From Camelus dromedarius (taxonomy: Eukaryota): a stretch of 64,000 bases of DNA. Positions 37,631-48,665 of the stretch are shown one piece after another. The translations under genes and the position numbers were made by a program. The notes beneath the pieces were generated by a model that did not search any database, had not been told where the DNA came from, and saw only the letters and a list, made by a program, of their open reading frames with translations. The stretch is from NCBI RefSeq assembly GCF_036321535.1, contig NC_087437.1, positions 53,198,001-53,262,000 of the forward strand, in the 5' to 3' direction. Numbering within the stretch: position 1 is the first letter of the stretch; each line of letters opens with the position of its first letter.

Positions 37631-37995
37631 TGTAGTGAATGCCCAGATCCTTCCTTTTAGAGCCAAGGCTCCCGTTCCCTGGGCTGCCATAAGTATTGGC
37701 TGCTGACTGGTCACATCTGAGCCCCTCTAAGAATTGCCCTCCACTAAAGGGAGCTGTCTGGAGAGCGAGCTGGGGCTCCCTTACCTCAATTTGGGACAAT
37801 TCACAAGGACCATCCCAGCACCAGAGCTCCCCAGAGAACTGGCTGAGGCCTCTGTCATAACTGTGTTATGGTTCAGTTCCTCCCATGCTCACTCCCGCTG
37901 CCTCATTCCCTTACAGGTGTTGTTCCTAGGACCAGCCATCCTGGCGCAAACATCTGCCACAGTCAGTTTCTCAGCGACGCTGGCTCCAGACTCCA
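37631..37995 (+). mobile_element. LTR16(C)-like ERVL 3' LTR
   Basis: tgtagtgaatgcccagatcc...cctcaatttgggacaattcacaaggaccatcccagcaccagagctcccc...ggctgaggcct; lies directly after the ERVL interior. Confidence 0.75.
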
Positions 37996-37999
37996 GAAT

Positions 38000-38211
38000 T
38001 TTCTCCATGCTCTTGACATGACTAGGAGTGTTTGCCTCTGCACCAAATGGTCCCAACTCCTACAGATGAGGGAGGAGGATGTGCAGCAGAGCTCCTACTG
38101 CGCCCCTATGGACATATGAGTGAGCAAGAGGTCAAGTTTGTGGTTTTAAGTCACTGAGATTTGATGGTTGTTTGTTATTGCAGTGTAATCTAACACATCC
38201 TAATTGATACA
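38000..38211 (+). mobile_element. MLT1I/J-like LTR 3' half
   Basis: ttttaagtcactgagatttgatggttgtttgttattgcagtgtaatctaacacatcctaattgataca. Confidence 0.75.
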
Positions 38212-38659
38212 GAATCAATACAATAATGCTGCCTTTAAAATTTTTTAGATTTTGGTTCCAGAGATGACTAGAGGTGGCCAAGGCCAAACCCCAGTTTAGG
38301 AGGCAGATGCAGGTCTGAGCTGATTGGTGCCAAATTAGAATCAAGCTAGAAAGAGAGAAATGGAATCAAAAAGGCTAAGCGCCATCTCACTGGAGCTCTT
38401 CCTGAGTCTGGCTGAGAGTTGCAGGACAGAATGCACCTAAGAGTTGCTTGCAGTGGCTGCTGGACCAGTCTGGAACACAAGGATGAATTACTAGTCGGTG
38501 GATCATGGTTAGAGTTGGTTGGCCAGCAGTCCCTGTGGTTTCAGGTCACTGTCAAGAGCTTTTGTGGGTAATCCAGATAAGTCTGGACTCAAGTTGGAAG
38601 TATCTATGCCTGTATGTATGAGAAAAACGAAGATTAATAATTCAGAGTTTTGCCCCATG

Positions 38660-39594
38660 TCTTTGTTCAGGGAGAGGCATGAGTCCAAGTCAAAGGCCTT
38701 GGTGCTAGACAGTATATTCACAGACAATACAACTTGTTACAGCCTTTTCCAAGGAGGATTAAGCAATGGTTTCTGCTGATGGAACTTGACCAGGTACAAG
38801 GCTTTATATCATGACCCATCTGTCCAGGTGGGTGGTAGGGTTTCTGGAACTTGTGAATGGTTCCTTGACACCCTTGTTAATGCCCTGGAATATAACACAT
38901 TGTTTTCTGGCTCAGGAATGTTCTGTTGGTCTAGCTGCTGGGGAAGAAACCAGAGTCAATATTTCATGAGAGGAAATTCTTGGGAACTTGTATGTTGTAG
39001 ACCTACTCAACCTAAAAGCCATAGGCAGTGCATCTGGCCTTTTCCATCCAGTTTCTGCGTAAGTCTTGGCCAGTTTGCTATTTTCGATCCCATTTTGATA
39101 TTCCATTCCTTCCGTTGATGGCAGACCATGTGGACTTTGACAGCATTCATGATTCTGTAGACTTCACAATTTTAAGACCCGAACTATCAAATGTATGTCC
39201 CATGGTTGTAGAGTATTCCAAACCTGGGTATGAGGTTGTGTGGAATCTTTTGCTGATCACCACTGCATCAGCCTGGGCACACAGATATGCTTCTACTCAT
39301 CTTAAAGAGACCCATAAATTACTAAAACATGTCCATATGGATAGCATTTTCTTTATCTGGATAAATGTAGCTTGAATATTAATTACAGATAGCCTCCAAA
39401 GGAGAGAATAATCTGTTTTCTTTCTTTCTTTCTTTCTTTTTTTTTTTTTTGACGGTGCCCCATTTTCCCTTTTCAAATGTGATCCTGATAAATAGGGCAG
39501 CCCTCAGTATACTGTCTAGCCAGATTAGAACATTTCGGACATGCTGTTCAAGCCTCATGTTTCCTAATAGCCCCTCTTTTTTCCCCCGTAGTCA
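38660..39594 (-). pseudogene. Decayed class I ERV integrase (pol) remnant; upstream part probably continues at about 40326-40480
   Basis: Minus-strand peptides in integrase order: LARQYTEGCPIYQDH, R*VEAYLCAQADAVVISKR, IPRFGI, MEYQNGIENSKLAKTYAETGWKRPDALPMAFRLSRST..ISSHEILT, LNPPWKRL*QVVLSVN, WTHAS. Confidence 0.8.
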
Positions 39595-40325
39595 TGTCGT
39601 GGATTTTGTGAGCAAGGTGAGCGTGGCTTAAACACGGCCTCCATACCCTACCTACCAAATTGAGACTCCAGGACAGAATTTTGGATGAAGTAGAAAAGGC
39701 AGCTTTATTTCTTTGCCAGGCAAAGGAGGTTACAGTGGGCTAATGCCTCCAAAACTGTGAGCCTGCCTGGGAGAGAAGGTAGGGGGTTTTATAGTAAGAG
39801 TTCAAGGAATGGCACTGGTTACACATACAGGGTAACAATTTGTTGCAAAGTTGTCCTTGTTTTTGCAGATACAGTGGTCCCCTTTTTTCTTTGGGGTACA
39901 ATGTTCACCTCCATCTTTGGAACTCTTCTAATATTCTTGTGCATAGAACAAAGGTGCTTAGGAAAAGGGTGGAAAGTGGAAAGTGCTCTAGAGAAAAACG
40001 TGTGCAGTTTAAAGTCAGGTTGATGTATGCTTCTGGTATTTTAGGCAGGCTGAGGCCTGAGAACTCTTGTTGCAATGGTTTGCACAGCTGGGACAACAGA
40101 ATACAAAGAAATGATAGGGGCTAAAAATAACTGCAGACGTGCAGTTGGGGTAAATTATGAACAACAAGATGCACAAAACATCCAACTGCTGTTTCTGAAG
40201 TGTCGGGAGCAAAAACCAAGGGGGATGGGCAGATCACTTAAGTTCCCCACTCCTCTCCAGCCTAACCCTGGTCAGCAAAAGCATAAGAAAAGCCATTTAC
40301 TCCATTATACAATTAAGCAGTTACA
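39595..40325 (-). mobile_element. ERV1-type solo LTR inserted into the integrase fossil
   Basis: TG...CA ends (tgtcgtgg / cagttaca), minus-strand TATAAAA at 39787-39793 and AATAAA at 39704-39709. Integrase-like sequence on both sides. Confidence 0.75.
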
Positions 40326-40789
40326 AATCCCATATGGTCACCGATGACAATAGGGTCCTAATTCCCTTTGTGCAAACAAGATATGGGTGCAAAAGACCCC
40401 TGCTCATCTCCAGAGGTCCTGATCTTAATCTGAGACTCATCCCAAAGGGCTGCCTAAGGAGTGCTCATCTGAGAAGGTGGGAAAAAAGATGCAGTCTGAG
40501 AGCAGTCGGGGGCCGAGGCTGCGCTATCAGCCCAAGCAAACATCTTTTTCTACAGCACCAAGAAATTTTAATTCCTCCACAATTTCCTCCATTGTCATAA
40601 ACTGCCCAAAAGCACAGAGAGTCAGACTTTGAAGAACTGAGTGTACTCAGCTCAGGTGAGGGCAGTGTGTTTGCCCCTGCAGGGGGCGAAGCAGGGCTGC
40701 AACCTCCCTTGTGGGGAACAGATTGCATCCCAGAGACTAATCCTGTTCTGTTCATTTTCCTTCTTAAACTGATGACTGCCATACAACGT

Positions 40790-40965
40790 ACTAAGCATTG
40801 CTAAGCCTTCATAACACAATAACCCTTCGAGATAATCTTATCTTCATTTTACAGATAAGAGAAATCACAGTGACCGAGAAGCTAAGTGACTTGCATTGAC
40901 CACGCCTGGATTTGAGCCCAGGTCCATCTGCCCCCAAAGCCCTTGCACTTCATCTCTGCTACAGC
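40790..40965 (-). mobile_element. MIR SINE
   Basis: tatcttcattttacagataagagaaatc...aagtgacttgc...ggatttgagcccaggtccatctgcccccaaagccc. Confidence 0.75.
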
Positions 40966-41089
40966 CCTTCCCCTCTATGCAAAATGGCCCCCTTTTTGCA
41001 GTACAAGCCTTAGAAGGAGACTCTTACGGATGAACCCATATGTCTAGGAAATGCTGCAATAGGAAAGCGATCTATTTTAGTCATCAGTT

Positions 41090-41280
41090 GGTTCATTCTT
41101 TCATTCATTCCTTCAACCATTCACTTAAAAAATACTTATTGAATTGTTACTTTGTCCCAGATACTCGGTGAGGTGCTGAAATAGAGAGGTAAATAAAATA
41201 AATGGTCCACTGAGGAAATCAGACACTAAATAAGTAAATGCAAAAATAAATGCATAATTACAAACTGTGATGAGTGCTTT
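41090..41280 (-). mobile_element. L2 3' end
   Basis: ttcattctttcattcattcc...aaaatacttattgaattgttactttgtcccagatact. Confidence 0.7.
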
Positions 41281-41370
41281 TTCCCCAGTCCATTACCATC
41301 TGCAGCAGCAATATTGGAAAAGCAATTTTGGTTGTGAGGTTTGTGAATCGGAACTGAGAAATGTTCTAGA

Positions 41371-41688
41371 GCAGCACTTCTCAAAAGAAATATAATGCAA
41401 ACCACATATGTGAGCGTTAATTTTCTAGCAGCCACATTTGGGCATGTGAGAACAAACAGGCGAAACTGATTTTAATAATACCCTATGTTATTTATCCCAA
41501 GATATCCAAAATATCTCTTCAATTAGTATCTCACTATTAACGAGCTATTTTTACATTCATTTTTTAAGGCTGTCTTCAAAATCCGGTGTGTGTTTTAGGC
41601 TTATAGCACATCTCAATTCAAACTAGTCTCATTTCAAATGCTCAACAGCTGCAGGTTGACCATGGTGGCCGGTGTTACAGGGCACAGC
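41371..41688. mobile_element. MER33 hAT-Charlie element
   Basis: agaaatataatgcaaaccacatatg...ttttctagcagccacatt...cttcaaaatccggtgtgtgttttaggcttatagcacatctcaattc...catttcaaatgctcaacagc. Confidence 0.85.
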
Positions 41689-41724
41689 TTTAGTGGATAC
41701 TGGGGGCGCCATGCTTACTTGTAT

Positions 41725-41892
41725 TTTGGCAGTTTTCAATGTTGGCTGACTTGGGACTCACCTGGACAATCATAGAGTCTCATTTCATTGATGCAGGGTG
41801 CTTGGGATCAGGGAGAGGTCTTGCCTAGGTATCAGTGTATTTTAAAGCTCCCAGGTGATTCTAATGTGTGATGAGGGCTAAGAACCACTGCT
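41725..41892. mobile_element. MER5A-like MITE
   Basis: gtattttaaagctcccaggtgattctaatgtgtgatgagggctaagaaccactg. Confidence 0.75.
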
Positions 41893-42057
41893 CTATGCAG
41901 TAACAGTTTTGCACTCAAAGTCTTCAGATTATGCGGGATGTCAGGCCTGAAGCCCGTCCACCCAATCATGATAACCTGCCCCACCCCTCACCTCCCCTGC
42001 AAGTTCATCACTGGCCTCAGGCTCTGGGCCAAAGACCTCAGTCTGGAAAGCTGGCTT

Positions 42058-42445
42058 TGATACCCATCCAGGTTCTTGGACTCCTTAATCAATAGAAATT
42101 GATGAGAGGCCAGATGAGAAATTCAGGCAAGACTTTACTGGGATGGGTGCTGCAGCACAAGGGAGTGAAAACCAGTACCAGGTTCCCTTGCTTGCTCCCT
42201 GAGTAGGGGCAAGCTGGTCCCTCAAATGGGGTGAGGGTAGGGTTGGGTTCAGGGGCTTAAGGGAGGGGTGTCTTAGGCAGTCGGCCCACCTCCTTGGTGG
42301 CGCTGTGTGCAGGGATCACGGGTAGTATCCTGCTTTTGCTCCTGACATCTCAGAAGGGGCAGTTGGGTTTTTGGTCTTTTTGTATCTTGTTCATAATTTG
42401 CCCCAGCTGCCCATGCATGCAGTTATTTTTTAGTCCCTTATAGTT
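42058..42445 (-). mobile_element. ERV1-type LTR, 5'-truncated (cetartiodactyl type)
   Basis: tgatacccatccaggttcttggactccttaatcaatagaaattgatgagaggccag...gcaagactttactggg...tgtatcttgttcataatttgcccc...gcagttattttttagtccc. Confidence 0.75.
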
Positions 42446-43296
42446 GCCAGTATTGAATGATCCAGAGATAAACCTGCCCAATGACCAGGACAATTTATGG
42501 GCACAGTAGCTCAAAGAGAGGGCCAGAATGGCCAGCACCCCCAGAAATCCCACCTAGTGTCCTGGGGCTGTGGGAACTTGCCACAGTTGGGGAGGGTCAG
42601 CCCTCCTGCTCTCACACAACAGAAGAGCAACCCACCTAAATCCTGGCCTCTAAATGTGTGATGAACTGATTTAAAAATTCTTCTCTTCTTCGTCTTCATC
42701 TTTTCCTAAATCCCTGGTGGGAATGGAATTGTGGCAGGTTTTAGATAACAGCCTCACAGCCTTAATTTTATTTATTTGACAAGTTTGACTCTGGAGACAG
42801 CAGCTGTCAGCTTATGCAAAATAGCATGGAAATTATTAACTTTTCAGCCAAGGGTTCTGCTCCCCTTGTAATAGGACTGCAAGGCTGATTACAACAAGGC
42901 TGTCTTCAGGACTTTTGGAAAAAGCAAAACAAAGCAAGCAAACAAAAAACATTTCATGCAAGCTCTGCACAAGAGGCAACAAGGGAAAACTGAACTTGAA
43001 ATCAAACTTCCTAGAGAAGTTTTCTTCCCTGGCTTTGCAGCCCTGTCTGCACTCCCAAAGCAGTCACAGGTGGTGACTCAGCTCAGGAGCAAATACCTCT
43101 TGTTGAGGGGCGGTACTCTTGCTCCCCTGTTTATCAGACTTTCTATCCTCTCCTCTGGGAATGGCAGCCCTGGAGCAGGACCATTCAGTATTGCCCATTA
43201 ACCTGCAATGCTGTAGTTTAACAGCATTAACTGGTGGGGTGAACATTACAGAATGGTATGCAAGGCTTGTGGGGTCCTAGATGGACGAGTTGCTCG

Positions 43297-43331
43297 ATGG
43301 ATGGATGGATGGATGGATGGATGGATGGATG
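43297..43331. repeat. (GGAT)n tetranucleotide microsatellite
   Basis: gatggatggatg... tandem run. Confidence 0.95.
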
Positions 43332-45369
43332 GGGGCCTCCCATGACGACCATGAATACAATTTGTGCTTCTCTCTTAGGTGTAGTGGGATAATATTTGCA
43401 AACATCAATCAATATAGTTCCTGTCTCTGATAATATATTTTTATTTCTTGGCTTTTCCACTAATAAAAAGTAAGAGAGAAAGACAGTATCTTCTTCACTG
43501 GATTGTTGGGAGGATTAAATGGGACAATTCCAGAAAGCTGTTTAGTCAGAATATGAACTTATAATAAAAGCACAATACCTAGCAGCTACTGTTATTACTT
43601 CCCCCTCCCCTTTATGTTAGTAACTTATCCAAGCTCACACAGCTGGGGAGCGTAGAGCCCGGGTCTGTCCTGCCCCATTAGGAAGCAGCTGCTGGCTTAG
43701 AATTCTCCAGAACCTCACTTTTCCCCCTTGGAGAGAGAACAGTGCCACTAAGGCTTCCCAACACCATTGCAGACCAGTCCACCCCTCCTTCAGCTGGTCA
43801 CACTGTCTGTGCTGGAAAGAAGAAGAGGGGTGTGTGTGTGTGTGTGTTGTGTGTTGGGGACAAGGGTATAGAAAAGGTCTGTTACCCATTTGGAAAATTA
43901 TGATATATGCGAGAACTCAGGTGTGATTTCTTGAAAAATCTTAGAGGGAAAAAGCTCTCCATTTTCATTTTGGAAGTCCAAGCCCTGCGGCTCTATGGAC
44001 CCTGGAAGAGGAGGAAAATGCGGAGCTAGGCAGATGCAGAAGCAGGGCTAGAAGTTCCTTCTCTGGGAGTCTTTAAGCACCCCTGCAGCCAGATTCTATG
44101 CAAATGAGGGGCCTTCCTGGCTCCTTCATCCCCAGCCTGGCTTCAAGGTCCCTGCTTGCCCTGAATGTCAAGTGTGATCCAAAAGGAGGAACACCAGCGT
44201 TGGAGTCTGGGTGTTGAAAGCTGTGTCTTTTGGACAAATTAATTCTCCCCTGGGAGCCTCTGAATTGAGGGAGAAGGAAGGACAAGGGCCAGCCTCTGAG
44301 AAGTGGTGCTATTTAAACAGGGTAGAAAGTTGCTGGGGAAATCAGCCTTTTCAGCCAGAAGCACAGACTGTAACTCAGCACTGGTGTCTAAACTTGACCT
44401 TTGGGCAGCTTCCAGGGCCCTTCTAAGGCTGAGGCTCCAAAAGAGGGCAGGGCCTGAGACAGTCAGAGTTGCTCCATGGCTGTACATATGGAGGCAGCGT
44501 GGTGAGAGCCAGGCCCTCTCCTCCCTGTGTGCAACCGGTCTGTGGATGCAGTGTGGACCTGGGAGGAAAGGTGACTTGTTAAACAGGCAGCCTCCAGGCA
44601 TGCTCAAGACTCAGATTCGTTCTTCAGAAAGTACATAGTACCAACCCCAAGAGGGCTGTTATTGAAAGCAGAACAGCAGCTGCATTTTCTCTGTGAAAAT
44701 TTCACCTGTAATTCATAACTTCTATTTTCCTGGTGCTAAGCAACAACAGCAAAAGTCATCATCAGAAATTACAGTTAATTTGAACATTTTTAAAGCTGTA
44801 TTTCAGAAAGGGCCTGAAACATAGCATTCAAAACACTGGTTTTCCATAAATACATCAAGGAGGTAGGTACAGCACGTAGTTTGGACAAGATCCACAAATC
44901 ATGGACTGCCAAGAGTCTTGCTGAGCAGCCAACGGAGAAGTCAGGGGGCAGAGAATCCATGTGCCACTTAGAGGACACCCATATGTGAAAATTCAGCTTT
45001 GGGAAGTAGTTACGTTAGTGCGGGTAAGCTTTTTATTATGTAAGATTTTTCTCAGGATTCCCTTTGATGAAGAGTTGTTCTGGATCACTTACAATATAGT
45101 CTGATTTACAAAAAGCCCATCTGTTCACAACACTCAGTGTTTGTAAGAGTAAAGTAGTTGGGTTAGGCTACAGAAGAAAGGAGGAGGCAGTGCTCATCTG
45201 AGAGTGACAAGGGCAACATCCTGTTGACTCAGGGGAGAACCTTTCCTAGAATTTTCAGGAAAGTCTATTTTCTAAAAGATTGTTGCAGTCATCTAAGCCT
45301 ATGGCCAGTACAGTTGAGAAGATTGTGCAGCTTCTATGTAAAATGAGGAGGAAGGAACAGGAGCAACGC

Positions 45370-45925
45370 TGTCACACCAGCATCAAAGATGATGGAGGAT
45401 GCTGGAGATGAACCAGTGTTGCAGCAAAGTGTGTTACAGCTCAGTGTTACAGCTCAGTTGTGACAGCTACCTGGATCCTGACGAGAGCACTCAGAGGGTT
45501 GGAGAACTCAGGTTTATGACACCAGTAGGCCCAGAAGAGTTAACACTCCAAGCTCTGGAACCCGTCTGTAGGTTTACACAGGCTTTTATAGGCTGCTAGT
45601 CTAGACTTTGCAACTCATGTGCAAATAAGTTGTAACAAAGTTGACTAATCAGGAATGAGCTTTGTAGAAATGGACCAATCAGGAGTGATAGAACTGGATG
45701 GATCAGGAGTGAGCTTTATGCAAATGAGGTATTACAAACAGACCAATCAGGAGTTAGCTCAGGGAACCAATAGACTCTTAGGGGTAAGCTCCGCTTTCCT
45801 AGAAGCAAGCTGTTTTTAGACGCAAAAAGCGAGAGAATGCTGCTGGGCCAGGGAACCAATGGTGCTGGCAGGTAAGTAGTGGCCTGGGCGTCCTACCGTT
45901 CTTTTTCATGGGGCTTCCCACCTCA
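45370..45925 (-). mobile_element. Solo LTR, probably gammaretrovirus-like (ERV1), with a CCAAT/octamer U3 array
   Basis: TG...CA ends (tgtcacacc / ccacctca), minus-strand TATAAAA at 45584-45590, repeated gaccaatcaggag units, and a 13-bp tandem gtgttacagctca at 45431-45456. No clear TSD. Confidence 0.75.
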
Positions 45926-47085
45926 CCAGGACCAGGAAGGCAGTCTTGTGTTGCAACAGAGATGATGCTTAAGCCTGGAGAGAGCTCACAGGCCAGGAAT
46001 CAGGAAGTTAAAAGCCAGTGGAACAATAGATGCTGAAGAATAAAGCAAAGCTGTGGTGCTGAGATAGGTGAAGAACTAGGGGGTTCATGACTTCTGAGGC
46101 TTCAGCCTGGCATAGATTCAGAATCCAGAGTTATAGGTAATGTGAAAACTGGAGGGGTCCTTAGCTCCAGCCAAGGAACCCCAGACCCTGTAGGTGTGGG
46201 ACAGGTGAACCCAAACTCAGGTATAAGATCACTTGTTTGAATGGTAGAGAAGACCCAGGCTGAGCAACAGCAGGTGGCAGTGGCCTCTTATTCCTGTCCT
46301 ATGGCTTTAGAGGTTGAAAACAAGAGAAGCAGGAAGAGAGGGAGCTCTGCACAGGTCACTGTTTTACGCAGAACTGTTCCTGAGTACAGGCATCCAGCAC
46401 AGAGTACAGCGCATCCAGCCTAATGGGGGAAGATGATGAAAGATAAGGCTTCCAGAGGCATCATGCATATTTGGCTTACTGGGGGCAGGAGCCAGTTGGA
46501 GAGAAAGGAGCAGAGAGAAGCAAAGTGCTCTGGCCAGGTTAAAGCATTGCCAGTAGTGTGCTCTCCTGTATTGGGTAACACCCTCTGGCAAGTTCATTTT
46601 TATCAGTGGCCAAGATGAAAACGGAGGAGGCATAGTGATCATGGAGCTCTAACAAAAAGCTAAAGCATTAGAGAGCAGACTTTGGGTCAAAATCATCTCA
46701 CCAAGAGGAGAATATTTAGAATTTAACCAAATAAATGGAAAGATCTTCACTAGGGTCCAAAAAAGAAGTCACATATACAGAGAGGGTGAGGCAGGGCTTG
46801 ACAGCAGGGAGGGTAAAAATCTTCTGGACTTTCCAGTTGGCTGCAAAATGAGCCTGGGCCAGCAGTGAGAGAAGGCTGCCAACATCTTAATGTGGTCTCC
46901 CACTGCTTCAAGGGAAGTGCTGCTCCTGTGGTTTCAAGGCAGTAGCCTGCCCTGTCTCCACGCTGGCCAGAACTGCAAGCAGTTTTGTCTGAAGGACTTT
47001 CACAAATGAGAGACCACAAGCAGGAAAGTGGCAGCATGATTCCTCATAAGGAAAACTGAAGGACCTGGGGGATGAAGGCTGTGAG

Positions 47086-48665
47086 CAGGGTGGTCTACAT
47101 AACTTGTAGGGCTCAGTGCAGAATGAAAATGCAGGGGGAAAAGCTGTTAAAGGGATGGGGGTGGGGGCAAATAGCTCAGTCTTAGACCACAGGCTTAGCA
47201 TGCATGAGGTCCTGGGTTCAATCCCCAGTACACCCATTAAAAGGTGGTGGGGGGGCTGCTAATGGTCCTAAAATGTAAAGCTTTTGTCTTAAAATATTTT
47301 TTTACTTACAAAATATAATAAGGATGATAGATAGCAATATATGAGAAGCAACAAATTTATAAGTTGCAAAATAATGACATCTTGGTGCCATAATTTGTAT
47401 AGTTCAATAAATAATAATGCTTTATTGGTGTGATATAGTGACTGGTGATAAGATTTTTCTGCAAATTCATTTTTACTTTTGGCAATCTCAGTTTCCATCA
47501 ATATAATTAAAGGCAGTATGAGGCACTGTTGGCAAATGCAGGACTACAAGCTGACAACCGATCTTTTTGATTTTGAGAATACTCTTTCTGCTGAGGCAAG
47601 TTTTACTGAGCTATTAAGAGTACTTTATAGGCTGTGGCCACACTGGGATAAATTTCTGACACATTGTTTTGAAATATATATTGTAGCATATCTAGAGCTA
47701 TGATTTCTCATGAAATAATTTTTCTAGAAAGATTTACTTCTTCCTACAAACCAGTTTCATGTCATTTAAATAATTGTGTACAATGGCATTTTAAAGTTTC
47801 CTCTTGCATTTCTTGTAACTTGTGAAAGTCATTCATGAGCCCGAAAGTGGCCTCATGATTTTATATAGTTCAGAATATCTGTTTATGCATTCTATCACTG
47901 TATCTGCCATTACAAGGAAAATTAATTTTACGATGTCTTCCTCATTTACAGTTGGTTCATCTAAAGCTTCATATGAAAATAGTGTTCTTTTCCACTGAAT
48001 GCCATAATCTCTAAGTTTAATTTCTACTCTAATTCTGTGTATATTTGCTTCACAATGTTGCAGCAGTTTTTGAAACCAGAGTCCAAACTCTGAAGAATTC
48101 TATAATTCCCTGATATGCTTTATCGTCATGTGCATGCTTTTGTTTTGTAACACTTTACTGACAAAGTTCACTGTCTGAGCTTCGGCTGTTCCTATCTTGG
48201 CATTCGGGCCAGAGAGTTACTATTTGTGCAGATGGTGCTGGGATGGGTTCCGGGGCCAGACAGGCAAGCTGGCCGCCCACCAGCGGTCCCGCGGCTGCTC
48301 TCACGCAGAGTCCCTCCTTTCTCCCAGGGCCTGGCTCCTGCAGCCACTCCTGCTGTTTCTACTCCCACAGACGCTGTCATCGCTACCAGTCTTGGCCCAG
48401 GTCCCGCGCCAGCTGCCCAGCCAACTGCTGGGCACACGTGCTGCCTGCCGCCCACTGTGGCAGCAGACTTGGGACCATTCATATCGCGCTGCACCCTCGG
48501 GTGTCTCCTCTGCTCATGCTCATGCTCATGTGCTCCACTGTCCCATCAGACCTGGTTTACAAAGCACAAGTTCTAAAATAAAATGCCTGAGAATTCACAG
48601 CAGCAATGGCAGAGCCCCTTGTGAGGATGGGCCCTGTGTGACTACACAGGTGACACGGGCTGCTT
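47086..48665 (-). mobile_element. MER45(R)-like hAT-Tip100 element with a transposase C-terminal remnant
   Basis: Ends cagggtggtctacataacttgtagggctcagtgcagaatgaaaatgc and gggccctgtgtgactacacaggtgacacg. Minus-strand YPSVATAYKVLL...ASAERVFSK near 47570-47650 resembles the hAT dimerisation domain. Confidence 0.75.
47157..47242 (+). mobile_element. tRNA-derived SINE, camelid type, short-tailed copy
   Basis: atagctcagtcttagaccacaggcttagcatgcatgaggtcctgggttcaatccccagtac. Confidence 0.85.

Noticed and set aside
45431..45775. Spaced short repeats that could suggest a CRISPR-like array
   Set aside because: Eukaryotic DNA, irregular spacing, related rather than unique spacers, and no cas genes. These are LTR enhancer repeats.
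46264..46282. CTCF-like motif acagcaggtggcagt
   Set aside because: Mismatch at a core C position; such partial matches are frequent by chance.
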